Source: Cyanobacteriota bacterium (GTDB lineage Bacteria; Cyanobacteriota; Vampirovibrionia; Vampirovibrionales; Vampirovibrionaceae). From it: DNA of 64,000 nucleotides. Below are positions 44,729 to 53,719 of this stretch, piece after piece. Where the stretch lies: contig JAIEMW010000001.1 in NCBI GenBank assembly GCA_019751815.1, forward strand, positions 961,839 to 1,025,838, read 5' to 3'. The stretch's first letter is position 1; every line of letters begins with the position of its first letter. Made by a program: the position numbers and the translations under genes. The notes under the pieces were generated by a model. That model saw only the letters and a list, made by a program, of their open reading frames with translations. It made no database searches and was not told the origin of the DNA.

Positions 44729-47700
44729 ATGCCTTACATTCCAAAATACAATCAACAAACTATTATTCGCCGCATTTTACCTGCTTTTTTAGCATTTAGT
44801 CTTAGCTTGGGGACTTTCCCAATGGCATTGGCAGATGTCGCCAGCGATCACCAGAACGGCGCGGGCACTGGTCCGATTGATCCCAACCAGATTAACCAAA
44901 CTTACAACGGCTCTATTATCAACCCTGGCAGCTATTACAATACCAATACCGGTGCCACCACTTTTGTCAACACCTCTGGTGGCGGGCTATGGCTTCAAGG
45001 CGGTACCGTTAACGGCTATCAAGTCGGCAGTAACAATGCTGTAAACGGTAATGGTGGCAATATCAACATCTACGCCCCGGGCAGTGTGGTGCGTCTTGAC
45101 GGCAATATCAATGTCAGCGGGATTTTAAACAACGGTTCACTGGGCTCAGGTGGTCAAGTGAACATTACATCCGCTTATTTGTACCAAAACGGCCAGATTT
45201 ATGCCGATGGTTCCCGCGGTGGACTGGTACAAGTCAATGTCGATAACCTTTCTATGGGCAGTCAAGCGCTTATCTCTGCCAAAGGACTCGGCGGCAATAG
45301 CTCTGATTCTCTCAACGGTGCTGGTGGCGCTGTCAAAATTAACGCTAACGGGGTTGTCGATATCGCCAACCGTGCCATGATTGTGACAGACGGCAAAGTG
45401 GTGGGTAACTACGACACCAATGTGATCGCCATTGAAGGGGCCTTGATCCGCAACGCGGGCACGCTGAGTGCCAACGGTGTGGTGATTGACGGCGCTGCTT
45501 CTCAAGGGGGAACCATTCGCCTCGTTGCCAATGGGGTGACTGGGCAAACCGCTGCTGGCTTAGATACCTTAATAGCCAACGCCAATATCCGCAACAATAC
45601 GCCTGGTGATACTGGCTTTAACAACGCCATTTCTCAAGCCAGAAATCTCCTCAACGGGCAAACGGGTAGCATCACCAATAGCGGGACTGTCCAAGCCAAT
45701 GGTGCCAGCAATTCATCCGCAGCACCTATCACCACAGGGAACGCCGGTGATGGTGGTAATATTTTACTGACTGCAGCTGGCAACCTTACCAACAGCGGCA
45801 CGTTCAGTGCCAACGGTGGCAACGGCGGTAACTCTTCGCTCATTATTAACGGGGGTAACGGCGGTGCCATATCAGCCGATGCCACGGGGAACATTCAAAA
45901 TTCCGGCACTGTCCAAGCCAATGGCGGCAACGGTAGTACCAATACTGCTAATGTGCAAGGAACGGTCACTCAGAGCAGTGGTCCCGTCGTCACATCTGCC
46001 AACAGCGGTCCGATTAACCTGAATCAAAATAAGTCCACCACCTTTACCAGTTCTACCACGGTTCAAATTAACCAACCCCAACAGACCTTGGCCAGTGGTA
46101 CCACGATTGCCCCGAGCAGCTTTAATGTTCAAGCGACCTATAATCGGGATGGTTCAGTCACCATTCGGATCATCAACCGCAGCAACAACGCCGTGGTTTA
46201 TGAAAGAATCCAACGCCCCAGCGGCAATGGGAACAACTGGACTGCCAGTGACAATGCCACGGTGACGTATCAAGTTCGGGTGAATGATCCTTTGAGCAGC
46301 TCCCCGCAATTCGTCAATCTGACCCAACGCATCAGCTATTCTTTCAACTTAACCCGACCTATCGTTCAGCTCTCACCCGTTAAGCCTGTTCTGCTTGAAT
46401 CGGCCAGTTTAAACTCGGTGAGTGTTTCTAATAGCCAAGCATTGGTTGCTGTGCCTATCAAAGATGCTGTTTTGGATGTCCAATCAGTCAAAGTGCTCTC
46501 ACTGCAGCCTAAAATCACCCTGAATGTGGGGATTGATAGCCCTGCGGCATTTGACTACAACATCCGCCCAGTCGCCTCAACCAGCACCAATGTAATAGCT
46601 GATGCTTCCGGATTTAAAGGCGGTAACGGTGGTAGCGGCGGCCTACTCGCATTTGGCGCTGGCGGAACGATTACCAATACAGGGACCATTCGTGCCAACG
46701 GTGGCAATGGCGGCAATGGCGGCAAAGCCAATGCTAATAACGGCAAATACATCACCGATATTGTCAAATCTGTCGCCACCGGTGGTGACGGCGGTAACGG
46801 CGGTCAAGGCGGTCTTATCGTCTTCAGCGGCAACCCCAGCAACGCAATCTTGGGTTCCGGCAATTTACAGGCCAATGGTGGTGCAGGCGGAGTCGGCGGT
46901 AATGCTGTCGCTTATGCCAACGCCAAAAATACCTTAAATACCCGTCTGAGCAATCTCAATTCCTCTTCTGCTGTTGCTGTGGCTTATGCCGGCAAAGGTG
47001 GACGCGGCGGGGCGGCAGGAACAGTCGTCACCCCCAACGGCAGCACCAACTCTCAACGTTATAGTGCCAAAGCAGGCGGAAACGGTGCCTCTGGCATTGC
47101 CGATGCTGATGCTTGGGCCGCCAGCCAAGGCCGGGGACAAGTCACCGCAAAAGCCTTTGCAGGCTTAAGCGATGGTAGCATTCTGGTCTCCAATTCCAGA
47201 ACCACCACAGGCAGCGTCTCTCAGTTTAGTGACTACAGAGTTTCGGGCCAAAGTGCCTTGGTAGGATCAAACAATGCAGTCCTTCGCACCCAAGAGAGTG
47301 AAGTATTAAGCCATAATAACCTCTTGGTCATTCTGTCTCGTGCCTCTGGAAACACCAGCTTGGGCTATATCCTTGACGGTGGGAAGTACCGAACGGTTAA
47401 CAATCCTACCGATACAAGAAATGGCGCTTTTAACAGCATTGTTAATTCTATTTCAACTGGCAATATCAACCATTTTCAGTTTTTCAACCCTGTTGCCAGC
47501 TCCATTAACCTCACTACTACTGGGCTCGGGGGTTTTGCGGGATTAACCAACCGCTTAAACTCTGCCAGTATCCTCAGCAACGGCAGCCTCTCCAGCAGTT
47601 CTAACTGGAATTTAAACAGCAACCGTTCTGGTGGTGAAATCAGTTTCCTCAGTAACAACGGTGGTATCACCCTGAGTAACAACAGTGTGAGCGCCAACGG

Positions 47701-49066
47701 CAGTGCAAATGGTGGAAGCATCGTCCTCAAAGCAGGCAATGGTTCTGTCACACTGCGAAATAGCCAACTCAATGCCACTGGCACCAGTAATCTGGGTGGT
47801 ATCATCCGGATTACTGCCACAGACCGTATTTCAGTCGGTGCTTTGGTGGACGGGTCTACCGGCGGCATCAATGCCAATGGTGGCCTGCTCGGCGGGAACA
47901 TTAGCCTTACCACTCCTGGCACAATATTAAACACCGGAACTATCTCAGCCAACGCCACCAGCGGCTCTAATGCCTACACGCGTGGCGGCAGAATCCTGTT
48001 AAATGGTTCTCAGGCCGTGGTAAATACAGGTAGCGTAGCTGCGAATGGCGGTCGGATTGGTGGATCTATCAATTTGCTTTCCAACCAACTCGTGGCCAAC
48101 CTAGGCACCGGTTCATCCATCAGCGCCAATGGCAGTAATCAAGGTGGTACTATCCGACTCATTGCAGGCGATACCAACGCAGCCAATAACAATCAAGGCC
48201 TCACACTGCCTGCGGATATTATCGCAGCGCTGGGAACGTCCAGTTCAGTCTCAGGCGTTGGAATCACTCAAACCACCAGCCCTGTTACCCTTTTAGGCGT
48301 TACCTACAACCCTCTGCTGAGAGAATCTGTTCTCAACAACGGCAGCATCAGCACCACTGGCGGGAACGGCAAGATCACGCTGGCTGGTAACAACCAAGTG
48401 GCTCTCGGCGTCGGTTCATCACTCAATGGAGTTGCCTTTAATGCCAGCCTGCTTGGTAGCAACACCCAACTGGCCACGCTAATTGCGGCAATCCGTAACA
48501 ATGCCAGCAGCGTGAAAATCTTCGCCGGGCAAAACATCAACACCAATCCTGGTGGGGAAGAACCTTCCAATCAGTCAGCCCTCACGCTGGCAAATGCTGA
48601 CTCTAACCTCACAGGGGCGACTTTCACCAATATCGACTCTACGGAATTTGCCTTCCCTGTGAGCACAACCAATACATCGGATCCGACCGCTACCACCTTG
48701 TTTGGTTTGTTCCAGCCGGATCGTCTCAACAATCAGACAATTAGCTCAGACACCAACACCAATAGCGGTGCAAGCGGACAGATTGCCTTTGCTCAAAGCG
48801 CGATGTTCTTGGCCAAAAATTACAGCTCTGTCACTCAAAACATCTTGGAACAGGCCGCCATCAACTACAATAAAGTGCTGAGTGCCACAGGCGATAAGTC
48901 CGATGCTGCCAGCAATACCGAAACCTTCTTGAAAGAAGCCGGGATTGATGCAGAAGTGGCCACCGGGATCATCAACCAAATTCAACAAGGCACGCTGAAA
49001 GCCGCGCCAGAAATCCAAGGTCTGCTCAGTAAGATTGTCGCCGAATCACAAACCGCGATGAATTAA
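44729..49066 (+). CDS. TpsA-like filamentous-haemagglutinin-type beta-helix exoprotein 2
   Basis: Paralog of 41276-44284 with a very similar first ~400 aa, extra repeats and a helical C-terminal domain. Confidence 0.82.
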   Translation: MPYIPKYNQQTIIRRILPAFLAFSLSLGTFPMALADVASDHQNGAGTGPIDPNQINQTYNGSIINPGSYYNTNTGATTFVNTSGGGLWLQGGTVNGYQVGSNNAVNGNGGNINIYAPGSVVRLDGNINVSGILNNGSLGSGGQVNITSAYLYQNGQIYADGSRGGLVQVNVDNLSMGSQALISAKGLGGNSSDSLNGAGGAVKINANGVVDIANRAMIVTDGKVVGNYDTNVIAIEGALIRNAGTLSANGVVIDGAASQGGTIRLVANGVTGQTAAGLDTLIANANIRNNTPGDTGFNNAISQARNLLNGQTGSITNSGTVQANGASNSSAAPITTGNAGDGGNILLTAAGNLTNSGTFSANGGNGGNSSLIINGGNGGAISADATGNIQNSGTVQANGGNGSTNTANVQGTVTQSSGPVVTSANSGPINLNQNKSTTFTSSTTVQINQPQQTLASGTTIAPSSFNVQATYNRDGSVTIRIINRSNNAVVYERIQRPSGNGNNWTASDNATVTYQVRVNDPLSSSPQFVNLTQRISYSFNLTRPIVQLSPVKPVLLESASLNSVSVSNSQALVAVPIKDAVLDVQSVKVLSLQPKITLNVGIDSPAAFDYNIRPVASTSTNVIADASGFKGGNGGSGGLLAFGAGGTITNTGTIRANGGNGGNGGKANANNGKYITDIVKSVATGGDGGNGGQGGLIVFSGNPSNAILGSGNLQANGGAGGVGGNAVAYANAKNTLNTRLSNLNSSSAVAVAYAGKGGRGGAAGTVVTPNGSTNSQRYSAKAGGNGASGIADADAWAASQGRGQVTAKAFAGLSDGSILVSNSRTTTGSVSQFSDYRVSGQSALVGSNNAVLRTQESEVLSHNNLLVILSRASGNTSLGYILDGGKYRTVNNPTDTRNGAFNSIVNSISTGNINHFQFFNPVASSINLTTTGLGGFAGLTNRLNSASILSNGSLSSSSNWNLNSNRSGGEISFLSNNGGITLSNNSVSANGSANGGSIVLKAGNGSVTLRNSQLNATGTSNLGGIIRITATDRISVGALVDGSTGGINANGGLLGGNISLTTPGTILNTGTISANATSGSNAYTRGGRILLNGSQAVVNTGSVAANGGRIGGSINLLSNQLVANLGTGSSISANGSNQGGTIRLIAGDTNAANNNQGLTLPADIIAALGTSSSVSGVGITQTTSPVTLLGVTYNPLLRESVLNNGSISTTGGNGKITLAGNNQVALGVGSSLNGVAFNASLLGSNTQLATLIAAIRNNASSVKIFAGQNINTNPGGEEPSNQSALTLANADSNLTGATFTNIDSTEFAFPVSTTNTSDPTATTLFGLFQPDRLNNQTISSDTNTNSGASGQIAFAQSAMFLAKNYSSVTQNILEQAAINYNKVLSATGDKSDAASNTETFLKEAGIDAEVATGIINQIQQGTLKAAPEIQGLLSKIVAESQTAMN

Positions 49067-49117
49067 ATTAAATTGAATTGATGAAACTTTCGTTTTAATC
49101 GAGCTTAATTAATCCTT

Positions 49118-49153
49118 CAAAACCCCTTCCCTAAAAAGAAGGGGTTTTGTTTT
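49118..49153 (+). terminator. Intrinsic terminator
   Basis: CAAAACCCCTTC-CCTAAAAA-GAAGGGGTTTTG-TTTT. Confidence 0.8.
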
Positions 49154-49217
49154 GAAACTTTTTCACTGCCCTCGCATATGATGAAATAAGGGATTAAATA
49201 AGGGAGCGTTTTCGCAA

Positions 49218-50828
49218 ATGCCATTGTTTCAAAAACGCAGACAGGCTTTCCTGCAATTCACTGTGCTGTTTATGCTCGTTCTTTTGCTGCCTTTACCAAT
49301 CTGGAGTCAAGACAGCACCACACATACACTGGATAGCAATGAGAAAGTGCATCACATGCTCAACCGCATTACTTACGGCCCAACACCAGAAGAAGTCGCT
49401 TATGTCGAAAAAATTGGCGTAGACCGCTACCTGAATGAACAACTGAATCCAAAGCAAATCCCCTACTCTGCTGAATTAAACCAGAGTTTGAAACAGCTCA
49501 ATTCGCTCAATATGTCACCGCAGCAACTGTATCAAACTTATGGACCCAAAGCCTTAAAGCAGCTTGCCAAACAACAGTCCGAGGGGGATCCTGATGCGGC
49601 CAAAACCATTCAAAAAGAACTTAGAAAGCAGGCAATGGCCGTGATGGGAGAAGCCATCGAAGCCAGAATTATGCGGGCCCTATACAGTCCGCGGCAACTG
49701 GAAGAAAAGCTGAGCGAATTTTGGTTTAATCACTTCAACGTGTATCAACAAAAAGGGGCTACCTATGTTTGGATAGGCCATTATGAGAATCACGCCATCC
49801 GCCCCTATGTCCTGGGCCGTTTTAAGGATATGCTCACCGCCACAGCCCACCATCCTGCCATGCAGTTTTATCTGGACAACTGGTTGAATACAGCACCCAA
49901 TAGCCCCGGAGTTCGAGGGAAGCAGACCGGGCTTAACGAGAACTACGCAAGAGAACTGCTGGAGCTTCACACACTGGGCGTTGACGGTGGGTACACGCAA
50001 AAAGATGTCACTGAGCTGGCACGCGTCTTAACCGGCTGGGGAATTATGAACCGAGAGGCTTTACGGGCCCAATATCAAGCGCAATTTCAGCACCGCGGTT
50101 TAGGACAACGCCCACAGCCGGTGTTCTCCTCTGGGCTGGTCTCCTCTGGGCTCAATTTTGAAGCCAGCCGCCATGACTTCGGCAGTAAAATCATCCTGGG
50201 ACACCGCATCCAGGGAAGTGGAGCCTCAGAGCTGGATCAGGTCTTGGATATTCTGGCCAAGCATCCTGCCACTGCACATCATCTCTCTTATCAACTGGCG
50301 CAATGGTTTGTGTCTGATAAACCACCGACCAGTCTGGTCGATCGGATGAGTCAGACTTACCTAAATACAGACGGAAATTTAAGTGCTGTGACCAGTGCGA
50401 TGTTTCACAGCCCGGAATTTTGGGAGTCTCAGTATTACCGGCAAAAATTCAAGACCCCCTATGATTATGTCCTGTCGATTCTCCGTTCCAGCAATACCGA
50501 TCTTCCCCAAATTGAGACCCAAAGTTTGATGCTGGCTGGGCAGCTGAAAAAAATGGGGATGCCGCTCTATGGATGTGAAACGCCCAACGGCTACAAAAAT
50601 ACGAAAGAAGCCTGGCTCTCTCCAGATAGTCTCACCAACCGGATTAATCTTAGCACTGGGTTTTCTTCGGGCCGAACTCCCTTGGGGGAACCCGGCATCA
50701 GAGATATACAGGCATTAACAACCACTGTTGGAAAACTCTCAGACAAAACTCAACAAGTACTCAATAAGACACCTGCCGCGCTTCAACTTTCCATTCTGAT
50801 GGGTAGCCCCGAATTTATGATGTATTGA
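49218..50828 (+). CDS. DUF1800 family protein
   Basis: QLEEKLSEFWFNHF, MQFYLDN, NENYARELLELHTLG, YTQKDV and C-terminal SPEF motifs. Confidence 0.9.
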   Translation: MPLFQKRRQAFLQFTVLFMLVLLLPLPIWSQDSTTHTLDSNEKVHHMLNRITYGPTPEEVAYVEKIGVDRYLNEQLNPKQIPYSAELNQSLKQLNSLNMSPQQLYQTYGPKALKQLAKQQSEGDPDAAKTIQKELRKQAMAVMGEAIEARIMRALYSPRQLEEKLSEFWFNHFNVYQQKGATYVWIGHYENHAIRPYVLGRFKDMLTATAHHPAMQFYLDNWLNTAPNSPGVRGKQTGLNENYARELLELHTLGVDGGYTQKDVTELARVLTGWGIMNREALRAQYQAQFQHRGLGQRPQPVFSSGLVSSGLNFEASRHDFGSKIILGHRIQGSGASELDQVLDILAKHPATAHHLSYQLAQWFVSDKPPTSLVDRMSQTYLNTDGNLSAVTSAMFHSPEFWESQYYRQKFKTPYDYVLSILRSSNTDLPQIETQSLMLAGQLKKMGMPLYGCETPNGYKNTKEAWLSPDSLTNRINLSTGFSSGRTPLGEPGIRDIQALTTTVGKLSDKTQQVLNKTPAALQLSILMGSPEFMMY

Positions 50829-50834
50829 GAGGAG

Positions 50835-52181
50835 ATGATGATGTTCGACTCCCCCTTACCACTCTTTGAACCCAATTTTAGCCTCTCACGTCGAGACTTT
50901 TTAAAGCTCGGCGGGGTTTTTACCCTCAGTTTACTCGCATCAGGACTTCCTGGATGGGCAGGAAAAACGACCGCGCCTCTCAAAAGCAATCAAAAACTGA
51001 TTGTGGTGTTTCTGCGCGGGGCTGCTGACGCCCTTAGCCTGGTCGTCCCTTACGGAGATCCGCTTTACTACAGTTCTCGCCCAAATATTTCTATCCCACG
51101 GCCTGGGCAAACAGGGGGCTGCCTGGATTTAAACGGCTATTTTGGTCTCAACCCGAACTTATCGGCCCTCTATCCCTATTGGCAAAAGCAACAACTACGG
51201 CTAATCCTCAACAGTGGCTCTCCCGATAACACCCGGTCTCACTTTGACGCGCAAGACTACATGGAGAGCGGCACCCCCGGAGTCAAATCCACAGAATCCG
51301 GGTGGCTTAACCGGCTTTTACAAGTACTTCCAGAGACACACTCGCCAACGCGCGCGATGAATATTGGGCCAACAGTTCCCAGAATTTTAAAAGGTCCTGT
51401 GGCTGTGGCCAATTTGGATGTTCAAAGCCAAAACCCGAACCGAAGGATGCCCCTCGATCAACCACGCCTTGCCAATGCCTTTGAGAGTCTTTACGGGGCC
51501 GGTGCCAATGCGAGTCCCAATCAACGGGCCCTGAGTAATGCCTTTGAAGAGGGCATGGCCGCACGTCATTCCATTGAAAAATCGCTATCAATGGAAAACA
51601 CTCTCAATGGGGGACTCAATGGAGGTCTTAATGAAGGCTCAGAAGCTGAAAAAACAGCGGCCAACCGGGGCGCCACCCCTACCGGGAAATTTGGTCAATT
51701 TGGGAAAAAAATCAGCCAGCTCCTCAGAAACGACCCCAGTATCCAGGTGGTGTTTCTGCCACTGGGGGGGTGGGATACCCATGTCAATCAGGGCAGTGTT
51801 CAAGGGGCCTTTGCCCAACAAGCATCCGCACTCGGGAACGGTCTGTCAGATTTAATGCAGGGTCTCTCCAGTAGCAGTGATCCCACATTGGCTGAGAGAA
51901 CCACCATTGTGGTGATGTCGGAATTTGGCCGAACCGTGAAAGAAAACGGCAACCGCGGGACAGACCATGGCCATGGCAATGTGATGATGGTGATGAGCGG
52001 TCAACAGAATAGTCGGCAACTGCTTGGCAATTGGACCGGGCTCGAATCCTCTCTGCTCTTTGAAGGGCGCGATTTGCCCGTGAATACAGATTTTAGACAG
52101 GTGTTTGACGGGATTCTGAGCCACCGCTTTGGATTGACGAGTGAACAGCTGCGAACCGTTTTTCCAAGCAGAGGTCTCTAA
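50835..52181 (+). CDS. DUF1501 family protein with Tat signal
   Basis: SRRDFLK, FLRGAADAL, RSHFDAQ, GGWDTH and SEFGRT..ENGNRGTDHG motifs. Confidence 0.9.
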   Translation: MMMFDSPLPLFEPNFSLSRRDFLKLGGVFTLSLLASGLPGWAGKTTAPLKSNQKLIVVFLRGAADALSLVVPYGDPLYYSSRPNISIPRPGQTGGCLDLNGYFGLNPNLSALYPYWQKQQLRLILNSGSPDNTRSHFDAQDYMESGTPGVKSTESGWLNRLLQVLPETHSPTRAMNIGPTVPRILKGPVAVANLDVQSQNPNRRMPLDQPRLANAFESLYGAGANASPNQRALSNAFEEGMAARHSIEKSLSMENTLNGGLNGGLNEGSEAEKTAANRGATPTGKFGQFGKKISQLLRNDPSIQVVFLPLGGWDTHVNQGSVQGAFAQQASALGNGLSDLMQGLSSSSDPTLAERTTIVVMSEFGRTVKENGNRGTDHGHGNVMMVMSGQQNSRQLLGNWTGLESSLLFEGRDLPVNTDFRQVFDGILSHRFGLTSEQLRTVFPSRGL

Positions 52182-52205
52182 ATACTGTTTTCTTTTATTT
52201 CTCTT

Positions 52206-53693
52206 TTACTTCTCTTGTTGCGGGGGCTGCAATATCTTCAAGCCGCTGGCTTTCGCCACCCCTCTCAACATGCCGTTAAACACCACGTGGTGTAAAGGCG
52301 TCACCGCAAACCAGTACAACATGCCCATCAGCCCGCGAGGAGCGAAACGAGCGGTTTGGGTTAGTTTCACCGCAGCAGGGTTTTCCGGTATCTGGCTCAG
52401 CTCGAACTCTAAATACGCTTCTCCCGGCAGCCTCATCTCTGCCTTCAGAAAAAGCCTCTGTTCAGTCAAGCAATCAATCACTCGCCAAAAATCCAAGGCA
52501 TCCCCAGGCTTCAACCATTCGGGATCCCGACGACCTCGTCGAAGCCCCACCCCACCAAACAGTAAATCCAATAACCCTCTCAAATGCCATAGAAAATTCC
52601 CATAATACCAGCCCGTCTCTCCACCAATTCTGATAATTTTAGCCCACAATGCGCCCTTTGATCCTTCCACCACAATACTCCGTCGGTCTAAATAAACCGT
52701 CCCCCCAGACCAAGTCGGATCACCGGGATAAATAGTCTCTGGAGAGGGAAGCTCTCCCGCATCACTCCAGTGAGTTTCCACCTGCCTGTCTTTGTGGCGT
52801 TGCAAGGCCAGACGAATCGCTTCACGACAGCTCAGCAGGTCTTGAGGAATCCACCGGGTTATCTCGTCATTTTGGCAAAGGGTAGAGTTTTTCAGCCCTT
52901 CCGCCAGTGGTCGGGCAATTGCAGCCCCCACCGGGGTCACAAAATGAATCCAGTACGCGCTAAGAGACGGGGTAAAAAACGGCACAGGGATAAACCACCG
53001 CTTTGCCAGACCCGCTTCTTCCGCATAGGTCCGCATGAGATCCAGATAAGTTAAACGATCGGCTCCGCCGATATCGAGCACCCTCCCTCGGACCTCTGGC
53101 GTCGTCAAACAGCCAATCAGATAGCCGAGCACGTTTCGGATAGCAATCGGTTGCGTTGGGGTAAACACCCATTTGGGCGTAATCATCACTGGCAGTCGCT
53201 CGACGAGATAACGCAAAATCTCAAACGAAGCGCTACCGGAACCAATAATCATGGCCGCTCTAAGAACAGTCACATCACACTGGGCCTTCTGCAGGATAGC
53301 GGCCACTTCGGCCCGAGAGGTCAAATGCTTACTCAGATCCGGACCGTGTTCTCCGAGACCACCCAAATAAATCAGTTGAGACAGGTCATTCTGATTGGCC
53401 GCGTCCACAAAAATTTGTGCGGCTTTTCGGTCAGCCGCAGAAAAATCCGCGTGCTCCACACTCATCGAATGGATTAAATAATAGGCAGACTGACACCCTG
53501 CAAGTGCCGTTCTGACAGATTCTGGATTAAACACATCCATTTCTTGAACATCCAGATTGGGATGATCCGCCCATGGCCGACTCAAAATTTTTGCTCTTGA
53601 ACGTGCAACCGCCCGCACTTGAAAGCCCAAAGCCAATAGCCGCGGAATTAATCGACCGCCCACATAGCCTGTAGCACCGGTAACGAGTATCAT
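52206..53693 (-). CDS. NAD(P)-binding SDR protein with DUF2867 (YbjT-like)
   Basis: TGATGYVG, YYLIHSM, GSGSASFE, IGGETGW, DFWRV and AEMRLPG motifs. Confidence 0.88.
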   Translation of the reverse strand: MILVTGATGYVGGRLIPRLLALGFQVRAVARSRAKILSRPWADHPNLDVQEMDVFNPESVRTALAGCQSAYYLIHSMSVEHADFSAADRKAAQIFVDAANQNDLSQLIYLGGLGEHGPDLSKHLTSRAEVAAILQKAQCDVTVLRAAMIIGSGSASFEILRYLVERLPVMITPKWVFTPTQPIAIRNVLGYLIGCLTTPEVRGRVLDIGGADRLTYLDLMRTYAEEAGLAKRWFIPVPFFTPSLSAYWIHFVTPVGAAIARPLAEGLKNSTLCQNDEITRWIPQDLLSCREAIRLALQRHKDRQVETHWSDAGELPSPETIYPGDPTWSGGTVYLDRRSIVVEGSKGALWAKIIRIGGETGWYYGNFLWHLRGLLDLLFGGVGLRRGRRDPEWLKPGDALDFWRVIDCLTEQRLFLKAEMRLPGEAYLEFELSQIPENPAAVKLTQTARFAPRGLMGMLYWFAVTPLHHVVFNGMLRGVAKASGLKILQPPQQEK

Positions 53694-53719
53694 AAAGCCC
53701 TACGCCCTAATATAATTTG

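Noticed and set aside
49130-49137. Terminator loop CCTAAAAA identical to part of the sRNA core
   Set aside because: A single 8-nt AT-rich match, which is expected by chance.
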